IMG/VR virus record: IMGVR_UViG_3300048072_000105
Coordinates: 1-40,589 of that record
Source of the DNA: a virus
Lineage: Duplodnaviria > Caudoviricetes
Direction: 5' to 3' (one strand)
DNA: 40,589 nt
Shown here: in pieces, positions 27,325 to 34,911 of the stretch
Numbering within the stretch: position 1 is the first letter of the stretch
How the letters are laid out: every line of letters begins with the position of its first letter
Program-made: the position numbers and the translations under genes
The notes under the pieces: generated by a model
The model's database searches: none
Told to the model about the DNA's origin: nothing
What the model saw: only the letters and a program-made list of their open reading frames with translations

Positions 27325-27654
27325 CTACAGCCCGAGGGCTATCACGTCGTCTATCGAGCGGACTACATGGTACTGCGCGCCAGCGGCCTTTGATTCCCTC
27401 TCGAAGTCCTTCTGGTCCGGCGACTGCTTCCCTTCCTCACGCTTTACCTCCAGGCCGACAAACTGGCCGGTCGGCTGCTTGATGATAATGATGTCGGGGA
27501 CGCCTTTCTTCGAGTGCTTCGGCATCTTACGAAAGGCCCAGCCGCTTGCGCGCTTCTGTACAGCCGGTGCGGTGTTCTGGCGCCAGAAAAAATATTGCTT
27601 CAGCGCAAGGTAGTCACAGATGGACGAGACGATGTTGCTTTCCGTCTCTTTCAC
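27325..27654 (-). CDS. VRR-NUC family nuclease
   Basis: GVPDIII...GLEVKREEGKQSPDQ PD-(D/E)xK motif and VVRS. Confidence 0.85.
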   Translation of the reverse strand: MKETESNIVSSICDYLALKQYFFWRQNTAPAVQKRASGWAFRKMPKHSKKGVPDIIIIKQPTGQFVGLEVKREEGKQSPDQKDFERESKAAGAQYHVVRSIDDVIALGL

Positions 27655-27725
27655 TCCCCCATTGTCTCATAAGAAAAACCCCGCTCGATGGCGGGGTGTG
27701 AACTACATGCCGTCAGTTACAGTAG

Positions 27726-28391
27726 TTAACTGTGCGCAGCCCATTGCCCCACAATATTTTCAGCAAGATCATCATTGCAGACAAGGTTGGACTGCGTTTC
27801 TAAATATTCTGCGAACTTAAAATTGGCAGGTCGCATAAGGCGGGTGGCGACGAGAAGTATGTCCTTCGCGGGAACGCCTTTCCTGGTTGAATGTGCAAAT
27901 CCATTTCTGGCATCCATCAATTGCCGCGCATCGCGTCGATAGTCCGCTGGCAGAATGTCTTTGAACACTTTCTCCCAAAGTCGGTTCACTAGTTGCAGTG
28001 AAGCTAACAACTCTAGACTAGCAACCACCTCATCCCACGCTGCCTCACGTCCGGGCACCGAGTTATATGTCTTGGCAATTCGCCCTCGTGCGCCGTCGTA
28101 ATCCTCCAGCGCGGTCCAGCACATCGACCACCACTCCGGACCGAAGCTCTTAACCGCTTGCCAGCAAACGTACTCCGGCAGAGCCAGGGTAAGTTCGTAC
28201 AGTGCTTGGTGTACGATGGCGGCATTTCTTGCCCGTACAGCCAAGATGAGAGCTTCGGGGTCCTTAGCGGCAATCTCCTTAAGCCCAGCGCTCGGGCCGA
28301 CAGCGAGAGGCGCGTCGCCTAATGCCACATCGGCGGATAGTCGGCGAGCCATAGGAAACGGAGGGGGACGACGTTCGGGAATCAGGTTCAT
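27726..28391 (-). CDS. Swt1-like HEPN domain protein
   Basis: WEKVFKDIL...QLMDARNGFAH contains the HEPN Rx4H motif; bounded by hairpin terminators. Confidence 0.55.
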   Translation of the reverse strand: MNLIPERRPPPFPMARRLSADVALGDAPLAVGPSAGLKEIAAKDPEALILAVRARNAAIVHQALYELTLALPEYVCWQAVKSFGPEWWSMCWTALEDYDGARGRIAKTYNSVPGREAAWDEVVASLELLASLQLVNRLWEKVFKDILPADYRRDARQLMDARNGFAHSTRKGVPAKDILLVATRLMRPANFKFAEYLETQSNLVCNDDLAENIVGQWAAHS

Positions 28392-28428
28392 CGGAATTTT
28401 GTAGCAAAAAAAAGCCCCCCGAAGGAGG

Positions 28429-29289
28429 CTATGCAGCTTCTGCAACCTTCTCCGAAAAGGCCCGGAGGTAGTCGGCCGCCTGTGACGCTTTGCTCGCCGC
28501 GGTGAAGATGGCGCGGTCGTCCTCCTTCAAGAGCTTTATCCAACTAGCGATGTACTCGGCGTGCCGGAGTTTGCCTTCCACCTGGAGGTGAGCACAGAGG
28601 AACGCGGCCCCGAGCTCTGCGACCAGTTCTTCCGCGGCGTATGCCTTGGTGCGGAAGCGGCCGGTCATGTCACGGTCCAGGCGATGCTTGGCGCCCGTCC
28701 AGTGGCAACACTCATGCAGGGCCGTTGCGAGATAGTGCGCGCGGCTCTCGAAGCTCTCCGGCGTCGGCAGGGAGATTAAGTCGCCGTTGCCCTGGTAGTA
28801 CGCCCGGTCACCGCCGTGCCGGATGTAGGCGCCGGTAGCGTTGATGAAGAGCTGGGCATTGTCTTGGAGCACCGGGAGTGGCTTAGGCTCTTCGAGTACG
28901 GCCTTCGGCAATCCCTCCATCTGCCACTCGTTGAAGACGTTAAAGGTGCGGAGCATCCCGATCTGCTTCTCCACATCCTCGTCGTCCTTGAACGTTAGCT
29001 TCTTGGTAAACACCACAGTGGTGCTCTTTTCACCGGCGCGGACTTGCGCTCCGGCCGCCTGGGCCTGCTTGTAGGTAAGCCAGCCGTGCGTTGGGTGGCC
29101 ACGCGCGTGCGCGGCGGCCCACAGTATCGGAATGTTGATTCCTGAGTACGACCGATTGCTTGCCGCGTTGAACGGGAGCAATCCGCCACGGGCGCCGCAT
29201 TTCCACGGTTTTGTCCAAGGTGCAACTCCTGCTTCTAAGTCTGCGATGATGGATTGCGTGACTTGCTCGTAGAGCGCGTCCATGCGCAT
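28429..29289 (-). CDS. ardC: ArdC antirestriction protein (ssDNA-binding + zincin domain)
   Basis: LEAGVAPWTKPW, YSGIN, WLTYKQA, VRAGEK, FNVFN, LHECCHWTG, YAAEELVAELGAAFL motifs; AGGAGG RBS. Confidence 0.92.
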   Translation of the reverse strand: MRMDALYEQVTQSIIADLEAGVAPWTKPWKCGARGGLLPFNAASNRSYSGINIPILWAAAHARGHPTHGWLTYKQAQAAGAQVRAGEKSTTVVFTKKLTFKDDEDVEKQIGMLRTFNVFNEWQMEGLPKAVLEEPKPLPVLQDNAQLFINATGAYIRHGGDRAYYQGNGDLISLPTPESFESRAHYLATALHECCHWTGAKHRLDRDMTGRFRTKAYAAEELVAELGAAFLCAHLQVEGKLRHAEYIASWIKLLKEDDRAIFTAASKASQAADYLRAFSEKVAEAA

Positions 29290-29523
29290 GCGAACCTCCT
29301 GCGTTGGGAACGTCCGCTCCTAATTGTGAGGCAAAGAAAAGCCCCGCCGCTGGTGGGTGGGGATAGCTACTGAAAGCCCGCGGCGATTTCGGCGTGGCGC
29401 AACATCATGCCGACGTACTGCTCCTGGAGATGAAGAAAGCAATTGCGACCGCACGCTCGTGAGCGCAGCGGAAGGACGACTATCTTCGGGTCTTCCGCCT
29501 TGCACACCTCGCAACGGAGAACA

Positions 29524-29862
29524 TCAGGGAGCTTGCTCATACTTGACCTCCTGCCTGACAGAACTCTCCCGTAATCTTCTCACGCTTTCTTGGAGCAGCA
29601 GGTCGCCGTCCAGGTAGACGGTAAGCGTGCGGTCTCCGTGCTCCATCGTGATTTCAAAAAAGAAGGAATAACCGGCAAAGATAAAAACGCCTTCGCTGTG
29701 GTCGCTGTCCTCGTCGAAGCGGCTGTACAGCGTGAGGCGGTGAAGCATCCGGCCGCGCATATGCGGCTCCAGCTCCCACACGGCACGCGACATGAGTATG
29801 CGGCCTCCGGTGAATTTCTCCCGGAGCAAATCGTTCGCGGCTCTTTCTTCTTCGAGTGTCAT
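29524..29862 (-). CDS. DUF3768-like hypothetical protein
   Basis: AANDLLR...GGRILMSRAV...FFFEI...RTLTVYL pattern, usually found near ardC on alphaproteobacterial mobile elements. Confidence 0.5.
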   Translation of the reverse strand: MTLEEERAANDLLREKFTGGRILMSRAVWELEPHMRGRMLHRLTLYSRFDEDSDHSEGVFIFAGYSFFFEITMEHGDRTLTVYLDGDLLLQESVRRLRESSVRQEVKYEQAP

Positions 29863-30062
29863 GAGTAAAAAAGAGGCCCGGAGCGTGTTTGGTAAGTGCC
29901 CACTCCGGGCCAGTTGGAGCATCAACCGATGGAGGATTGTTGCTTAGGAAAAATATTTGGTGCTGTAACCGGTTGCCCTACAACGCGGCGGGGCTCCTAG
30001 AGGAACCACGAGCAACCACGCACAGACTCGATTTCCGAAAATTATTTTTCTATCTCTTGCGG

Positions 30063-30665
30063 ATGGCTTTCATCCGCACGCGCATCATCAAAGGCAAGCC
30101 GTACACCTACCTCGAAGAGCGGTGGCGGGATAACAATGGCAAGGTCCGCTCGCGCTCCACGTTGCTGAACACAAAAACAACGGGACGGCAGGATGCGATG
30201 GAGCGCTACAGGCAAGTCCTGCGTGACAATGTGTATCTCTATGGCAAGAGCCGCCCCGGTGACCGATACGCGGCTGTGTCGCAAGCGCGCGAGCAGTACC
30301 AGCGTTTCCTCGACTTCGAGAAGACGGGGGCGCCTACCACAAGGGCGGAAGCGATTATGCGTCTAGCGAGCGGCGATCCGTACAGCGTTGACTCACGGGA
30401 ACGCGCCTACCAGGCGGGACATGCAACACCCCAGGCTCGTGCCAAAGAGGCCTACACGAAACTGCATGACACCATCCGTGCTGAGAACGCAGCGGAGAGT
30501 AATCAGCCAGACCAGGCGCCCGCTTGCATTGGGCCTACCGATGAACAGGAAGCGCAACACCAGGACAGGGTGGACGGTGCGCGTGATGCAAATGACCGGG
30601 CGTATGCCGAGTACGCAGAAAGCGCACCTGGAGCGGACGCGCCTACTGAGGGATCGAACGGTTAA
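30063..30665 (+). CDS. Hypothetical protein with basic N-terminal beta domain
   Basis: MAFIRTRIIKGKPYTYLEERWRDNNGKVRS; acidic C-terminus. Confidence 0.55.
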   Translation: MAFIRTRIIKGKPYTYLEERWRDNNGKVRSRSTLLNTKTTGRQDAMERYRQVLRDNVYLYGKSRPGDRYAAVSQAREQYQRFLDFEKTGAPTTRAEAIMRLASGDPYSVDSRERAYQAGHATPQARAKEAYTKLHDTIRAENAAESNQPDQAPACIGPTDEQEAQHQDRVDGARDANDRAYAEYAESAPGADAPTEGSNG

Positions 30666-30808
30666 ACGGTAGCCGTTCGATTTTTATTCTTCGCCACGGC
30701 ACCCATGCGGGCAATCTCAATCCTTCGCTTCTTGGTCAGCTTTTTCTTCCGGGCCAGTCCGCCCATCCTACCGAACAACTTGGCAAGTGTTTTTGAGTCG
30801 TGGTTCAT
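30662..30808 (-). CDS. 48-aa basic protein with KGG-like motif (not in ORF track)
   Basis: MNHDSKTLAKLFGRMGGLARKKKLTKKRRIEIARMGAVAKNKNRTATV; TAATG coupling to the upstream ORF. Confidence 0.6.
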   Translation of the reverse strand: MNHDSKTLAKLFGRMGGLARKKKLTKKRRIEIARMGAVAKNKNRTATV

Positions 30809-30930
30809 TAAAGTTGAAAGAGAACCGAATAATCTATCCCGTACGTCAGTCCGCCCCAGACCAGCACGGAGAGAGCAAATAGGGAAGCAAACGCACCAGC
30901 TACGCCGACAATCCAGAATGCAGTTTTCAT
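30808..30930 (-). CDS. 40-aa membrane peptide (not in ORF track)
   Basis: MKTAFWIVGVAGAFASLFALSVLVWGGLTYGIDYSVLFQL; tightly packed between its neighbours. Confidence 0.55.
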   Translation of the reverse strand: MKTAFWIVGVAGAFASLFALSVLVWGGLTYGIDYSVLFQL

Positions 30931-30934
30931 ATAA

Positions 30935-31093
30935 TTATTTATCGCTTACCGGCTTCCATTCATTGCCCACGAACTCGAACTCGCGCCCCTCACTTTCAAC
31001 GGCTCCGCAATGCTCCTTGCAGTCGGGGCATATGTCGTAGTTTTCATAGACCACCGCTCCGCAACAATTCGACACCAGTGTTTTCTCAGCCAT
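30935..31093 (-). CDS. 52-aa Zn-finger phage protein (not in ORF track)
   Basis: SNCCGA...ICPDCKEHC motif. Confidence 0.65.
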   Translation of the reverse strand: MAEKTLVSNCCGAVVYENYDICPDCKEHCGAVESEGREFEFVGNEWKPVSDK

Positions 31094-31097
31094 AAGC

Positions 31098-31328
31098 CTA
31101 TTTGAATATCGGATTACGCTTGTAAAACTCTGCTATCTCCTCCGGCGACCACACCCGCTTTTCTGCGGGAGCCGAGAGAATGAAGGGTGGGCGCTTCATT
31201 TCGTTGATAGCCGCACTGGCAACGCGCACTCTCACTACATCACCAAACGCATTTTTGACGCTAATGGTCTTCTCGGAAGAAGCAGCCAAAAGGAGTTGCA
31301 AAAATTTCCACGAGGCAAATAAGTTCAT
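31098..31328 (-). CDS. Hypothetical protein
   Basis: 76 aa in the small-ORF operon. Confidence 0.5.
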   Translation of the reverse strand: MNLFASWKFLQLLLAASSEKTISVKNAFGDVVRVRVASAAINEMKRPPFILSAPAEKRVWSPEEIAEFYKRNPIFK

Positions 31329-31383
31329 AAGCTCATTTTGAGCTTGGCCGCCCGCAGAGCGCGGGCGGTTTCGCTCGGTGTTC

Positions 31384-31845
31384 TTAGTTGATAATTTTAG
31401 CCAGTTCTTTTGCGAGTGCCTGTATCAGCTCGGAGGCTTCGCCATCACCCGCGAAAAGTTTCAGCGTGTAGGTGCGCTTCAGAGCGACAAGAGCGTCTTT
31501 TTTGGCTTCGGAATCGGTAATGTGGTCGGCCAATTCCTGCGGCTTCGTTCCGCTAGTAGCCACTACCACGCGCGCCTCTTCGTTGTAGGGGTGGCGAATA
31601 TCCCAACCCAACGCTTCAATTTTGTCGTTCGTTTCCTTCTGCTCCTTGCGTGCCTTTTCGTGCAACTTGAACAATGCGCGAACCGCGGCGGGAGGGTTTG
31701 CCTCCAGTTTTTCGGTGATGCGCTTATGCTCCGCCCACGACTTGCTCGCAAGTGAAGCAACGGCACCGTCAATATCTGCGAGCAATATCTTCTCTACCTT
31801 GCGCTTCTCCTCCATATTGAGGGTGCGCGATTTATCCTGTGCCAT
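31384..31845 (-). CDS. Helical hypothetical protein
   Basis: 153 aa in the small-ORF operon. Confidence 0.6.
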   Translation of the reverse strand: MAQDKSRTLNMEEKRKVEKILLADIDGAVASLASKSWAEHKRITEKLEANPPAAVRALFKLHEKARKEQKETNDKIEALGWDIRHPYNEEARVVVATSGTKPQELADHITDSEAKKDALVALKRTYTLKLFAGDGEASELIQALAKELAKIIN

Positions 31846-31849
31846 AAAA

Positions 31850-32038
31850 TTAAATGGCGGCGCTTAAGCCAGTAACTTTTCCGAGGCGAGCAAGAAGCTC
31901 ATCAACACTCGGTACATCTTGGTAAGCAGGGTTGTGTGCTCCGCACTCCACCTGCACGACACCGTCTCCACCGCTATCCTGCACTCCGATAAAACCCGTA
32001 CCCTCGCACTCGCACTGCACCGCAATCTTTTTGTCCAT
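31850..32038 (-). CDS. Small Cys-containing protein
   Basis: 62 aa from MDKKIAVQCECEGTG...VECGAH; first gene after the promoter. Confidence 0.55.
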   Translation of the reverse strand: MDKKIAVQCECEGTGFIGVQDSGGDGVVQVECGAHNPAYQDVPSVDELLARLGKVTGLSAAI

Positions 32039-32069
32039 ACGCAATTTATGGATTAACTTATATGTACTA

Positions 32070-32097
32070 AGTATATTCTGCTTACGGGTAAGCGCAA
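32070..32097 (-). promoter_or_regulatory. Sigma70-like promoter with palindromic operator in the spacer
   Basis: TTGCGC-16 nt-TATACT on the minus strand; GCTTAC-GG-GTAAGC palindrome at 32080-32093. Confidence 0.6.
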
Positions 32098-32200
32098 GGA
32101 AATGGCGGTCTAACAAGGCACGCGAGAACTAAAACGAAAAGCTGTCAAGTCGCGCCGTACGCAAACGCACCACACTCTCACCCCTCAAAGGCGAGCCCGA

Positions 32201-32324
32201 GCGGTGAGCTGAACCATTTTCCCGGCGCGGGGAAAATGGTTGGGAGAGCGTAGCGCTTGGCCGATTGTCGCCGGTACGTTTCCGAACGTGCCGAGCGGCT
32301 TGGCGGACAAGTGCGCAGCTCCGC
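32201..32324 (+). other. Branched secondary-structure element (ssDNA origin/priming signal or ncRNA)
   Basis: Closing stem 32201-32211/32316-32324, perfect 12-bp hairpin 32212-32241, long hairpin 32253-32313 with G-T pairs that only form on the plus strand. Confidence 0.5.
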
Positions 32325-32350
32325 AAAATAAAAACCCCGCCGCAGCGGGG

Positions 32351-33154
32351 TCAGTGCATTTCGCACCGCTCAATTTTCTTTGTGTCCATGAGCGAGGACA
32401 ACTGCTCGAACTGCACGGCCGCGACACCGTCAGTGAGAAACGCCACCACCGTGTCGGCGGGTATGCCGTTCTCGACTGCGAGCATCGCTTCGAGCGGGTT
32501 GCGGCAGACAAAGAGGTCGCCGCCTTCCGTCACCCGTTCGCAATTCCAGATAACCGATGTCGGGTCGAAGTTGTGGAACACAAGCCGGGGGCTCTGCTCC
32601 TTTTCAACGGCGATGCCGACATAGGCGACCAGGGTGCCTTCGGATGTCCGGATCGGAACGGCGAACCGGCCGCGGAGCACGCCTTTGCTGGCGTACCCGG
32701 CGCCGAACACCGTGGCCGTTTCCGGAGAGATACCGAGCTCCTGCACCTTCGGATGCGTGGCCTCCAAATATTGCAACGGTTGGAGGGGCTTTTCCTGCGC
32801 ACCCGTCGGGGCTGGGGGAGTTGTGGCCCGCTTCTTGCTAACTGTACTGGTAACAGTACCCGTACTGTTCAGTACCGTTCCGAAGCGTTCGGCCAGTGCG
32901 TCGGCCGCGGCTTTATTGCCGATGCCTTTGATGTGCGCGTACAGCGCAATGCAATCGCCGCCGGTCTTGGCGCCGAAGCAGTAGAACAAACCTTTCTCCG
33001 GAGTGACGACAAGCGCGCGGTCGCCGCCGCTTTGGCACGCGGGGCATGGGCCGCGAAGTTGCGCGCCCGCCGGAGTCATTTTCAAGCCGAGCATTTGCAC
33101 GGCCTGTTCGATGGAGACGCGGGTTTTCAACTCCGCGAAATCTACGAAGGGCAT
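32351..33154 (-). CDS. CHC2 zinc-finger primase-like protein with degenerate TOPRIM-like C-terminus
   Basis: RGPCPAC...FYCFG...GDCIAL, GRFAVPI; AGGAGG RBS; terminator at about 32329-32350. Confidence 0.75.
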   Translation of the reverse strand: MPFVDFAELKTRVSIEQAVQMLGLKMTPAGAQLRGPCPACQSGGDRALVVTPEKGLFYCFGAKTGGDCIALYAHIKGIGNKAAADALAERFGTVLNSTGTVTSTVSKKRATTPPAPTGAQEKPLQPLQYLEATHPKVQELGISPETATVFGAGYASKGVLRGRFAVPIRTSEGTLVAYVGIAVEKEQSPRLVFHNFDPTSVIWNCERVTEGGDLFVCRNPLEAMLAVENGIPADTVVAFLTDGVAAVQFEQLSSLMDTKKIERCEMH

Positions 33155-33353
33155 GACGGCCTCCTGGGGATATTTCGAATGGACTGGTCTGCCTCAATGG
33201 TACCATTGGTGCAGATGTTCAGAGGCTCGGGTGGGGATTAGGGAGGAGCGGTCGAGCGACCGGCGTTAACGTCAGAACCCTGTACGTTTCTAGTACGCCG
33301 TTCGGCCTTCCTGACCCGCACCAGAGCAACATGCGGGAGAACAGGAGCCCGTC

Positions 33354-33587
33354 ATGGGTAAGGTGAAGGAAACCGCGGAAGCGGAGGAGCGGCGCGGGAA
33401 GCGCCCCGTTTACAATGTCCGCGCGCGGCAGGGTCCGGCAGCGGACGGTACTCCGAGCGAGTACTTCAGTACGGTGGGTGCGGTCTGGCCGTGGGAGAAG
33501 GGCGACGGCTTCGTGTTGAAGCTCGACTTCGTCCCGCTCAACGGCGACGGCTCGTTCCTGCTCGTCCCGCCGAAGGACAACGAATAA
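33354..33587 (+). CDS. Small plasmid-type protein (DUF736-like, possibly ssDNA-binding)
   Basis: YFSTVGAVW..EKGDGFVLKLDFVP motif; AGGAG RBS. Confidence 0.55.
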   Translation: MGKVKETAEAEERRGKRPVYNVRARQGPAADGTPSEYFSTVGAVWPWEKGDGFVLKLDFVPLNGDGSFLLVPPKDNE

Positions 33588-33590
33588 ATC

Positions 33591-33627
33591 AAAAGGCCCC
33601 AGCGCAAATGCCGGGGCCTTTCACTTT
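33591..33627. terminator. Bidirectional terminator
   Basis: AAAAGGCCCC-loop-GGGGCCTTT between convergent genes. Confidence 0.65.
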
Positions 33628-33816
33628 TCATACCTGCGGTTGTTCCGCTGGCTTCTTCGGGCATGTGCGTGCCGAATGCCCGGCTTCTCCGCAATGACTG
33701 CACGCCTGCGGTTTGCGGGAAGTCTGTTTCGCTCCGGTCGAAAAGACAGACGCCAACTCTGCGTCAATCTCTTCGCGCTTTGCTATCAGCTCCTTCGCGC
33801 GCTCGATGTCGTACAA
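33628..33816 (-). CDS. Small CCHC zinc-knuckle protein
   Basis: CSHCGEAGHSARTC (C-x2-C-x4-H-x4-C); AGGAGG RBS before the TTG start. Confidence 0.7.
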   Translation of the reverse strand: MYDIERAKELIAKREEIDAELASVFSTGAKQTSRKPQACSHCGEAGHSARTCPKKPAEQPQV

Positions 33817-33832
33817 CTAAACCACCTCCTTC

Positions 33833-34804
33833 CTACTTGAGTGGGCTGTCGAGATGCAGGTCGGGATGACCGGCTCTCTGCCAGCCTCGGGTGAATAGAT
33901 CGGGCTTGGGCTTCGGAGATTCAGAAATGCTTTTCATGGACGGCATGACGGCGAAGGCTACATATGCCGCGCCTTTATCGTTCGTGAGCTGCATGATGAG
34001 CGCTTTGCGGCGGTCAACATCGTGCTGGGTCGTGCAGACGACCAAGTGGATGAGATTCGGCAGTCCCCAGTGCGCGGCGTAGAGCTTCTTGCGCTCTATC
34101 TCCTGCATCGAGAGAAACTTCTTGAGAAAACTCGGCCGTGTAAGGGTCGGCCGCTCAAGCTCGGCTTTGTTCTCAGCTTCGAGGCTGAAAAAGCGGAAGC
34201 CGCTCGGGAGCTCAACGCCGAAAGGACCGTGGCTGTCGTTGGTGTAGTCGTAGGTGATGCGGTCGCTGCCGGTCTTGTAGACGTGGGAGATTGAGACAGG
34301 GAGCATGCGCGGCTTTTCGGACTTCAGGGTTGCCGCCGGAAAGCGAGGCGACAGGCGAATATCGTCCCACCACACCATCTTGACGCCCGCGGCCTGCGAG
34401 CCCAGCTCAAGCGAGCTGACCGTGTCGATGATGAGCATTGCATGGTCGAAAAGTTTCTCGTCTCCGAATTGAACTTCGGTATGGAGTCCTTCATCCTTCA
34501 TGACGCGCACGCCTTTGTCGGCGAGCTCGTAGATTTGATAGCGCGAGTTGGGGAACGGCTGCCGGTAGAAGTCGTCCGGGATAAAGAAGTAATTGTTTGG
34601 CTGGCGCGTGAGGAGTTTCAACCGGCGGCGCGTTTCGACTACATTCATGCCGTTGAGGGCCGCGATGGTGTCCGGGCGCAAGCGGCGGTAACGCGCAAAA
34701 TGGCGAAAAAGATTTCGCAGGTCGTGCGCGGTCGGCTCAATCTCGAACGGCTTGCCGTCCTTATCGAGCACCGGCGCGTTGCTATGTCGGCTGAGGCGTT
34801 CCAT
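33833..34804 (-). CDS. Replication-relaxation (Replic_Relax/MOBC-type) relaxase
   Basis: wHTH N-terminus (RRRLKLL...IYELADKG), FDHAMLI, PFGVE...FFSLEAE and FLKKF pattern; directly downstream of a T4CP-like gene. Confidence 0.7.
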   Translation of the reverse strand: MERLSRHSNAPVLDKDGKPFEIEPTAHDLRNLFRHFARYRRLRPDTIAALNGMNVVETRRRLKLLTRQPNNYFFIPDDFYRQPFPNSRYQIYELADKGVRVMKDEGLHTEVQFGDEKLFDHAMLIIDTVSSLELGSQAAGVKMVWWDDIRLSPRFPAATLKSEKPRMLPVSISHVYKTGSDRITYDYTNDSHGPFGVELPSGFRFFSLEAENKAELERPTLTRPSFLKKFLSMQEIERKKLYAAHWGLPNLIHLVVCTTQHDVDRRKALIMQLTNDKGAAYVAFAVMPSMKSISESPKPKPDLFTRGWQRAGHPDLHLDSPLK

Positions 34805-34911
34805 GTGAAAGGAATTAGAGGGCGCACGCGGCCTCGGCAAAGGTAGCCAGGAGGAACGGCGAGGAAGCCCGGTGTTCACCGATGCGCGGTGAAAGCACTA
34901 AAAATATTATA

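Noticed and set aside
7341-27654. Stop-codon recoding or programmed frameshift in the structural operon
   Set aside because: Genes are full length and tightly packed under the standard code; no interrupted ORF requires read-through.
30063-30665. Transposase call for the ORF starting MAFIRTRIIKGKPYTY
   Set aside because: Only the short basic N-terminus resembles some transposase-associated domains; no DDE motif or terminal inverted repeats seen.
32240-33241. 333-aa plus-strand ORF
   Set aside because: Antisense to the CHC2 primase-like gene; no RBS or motif support.
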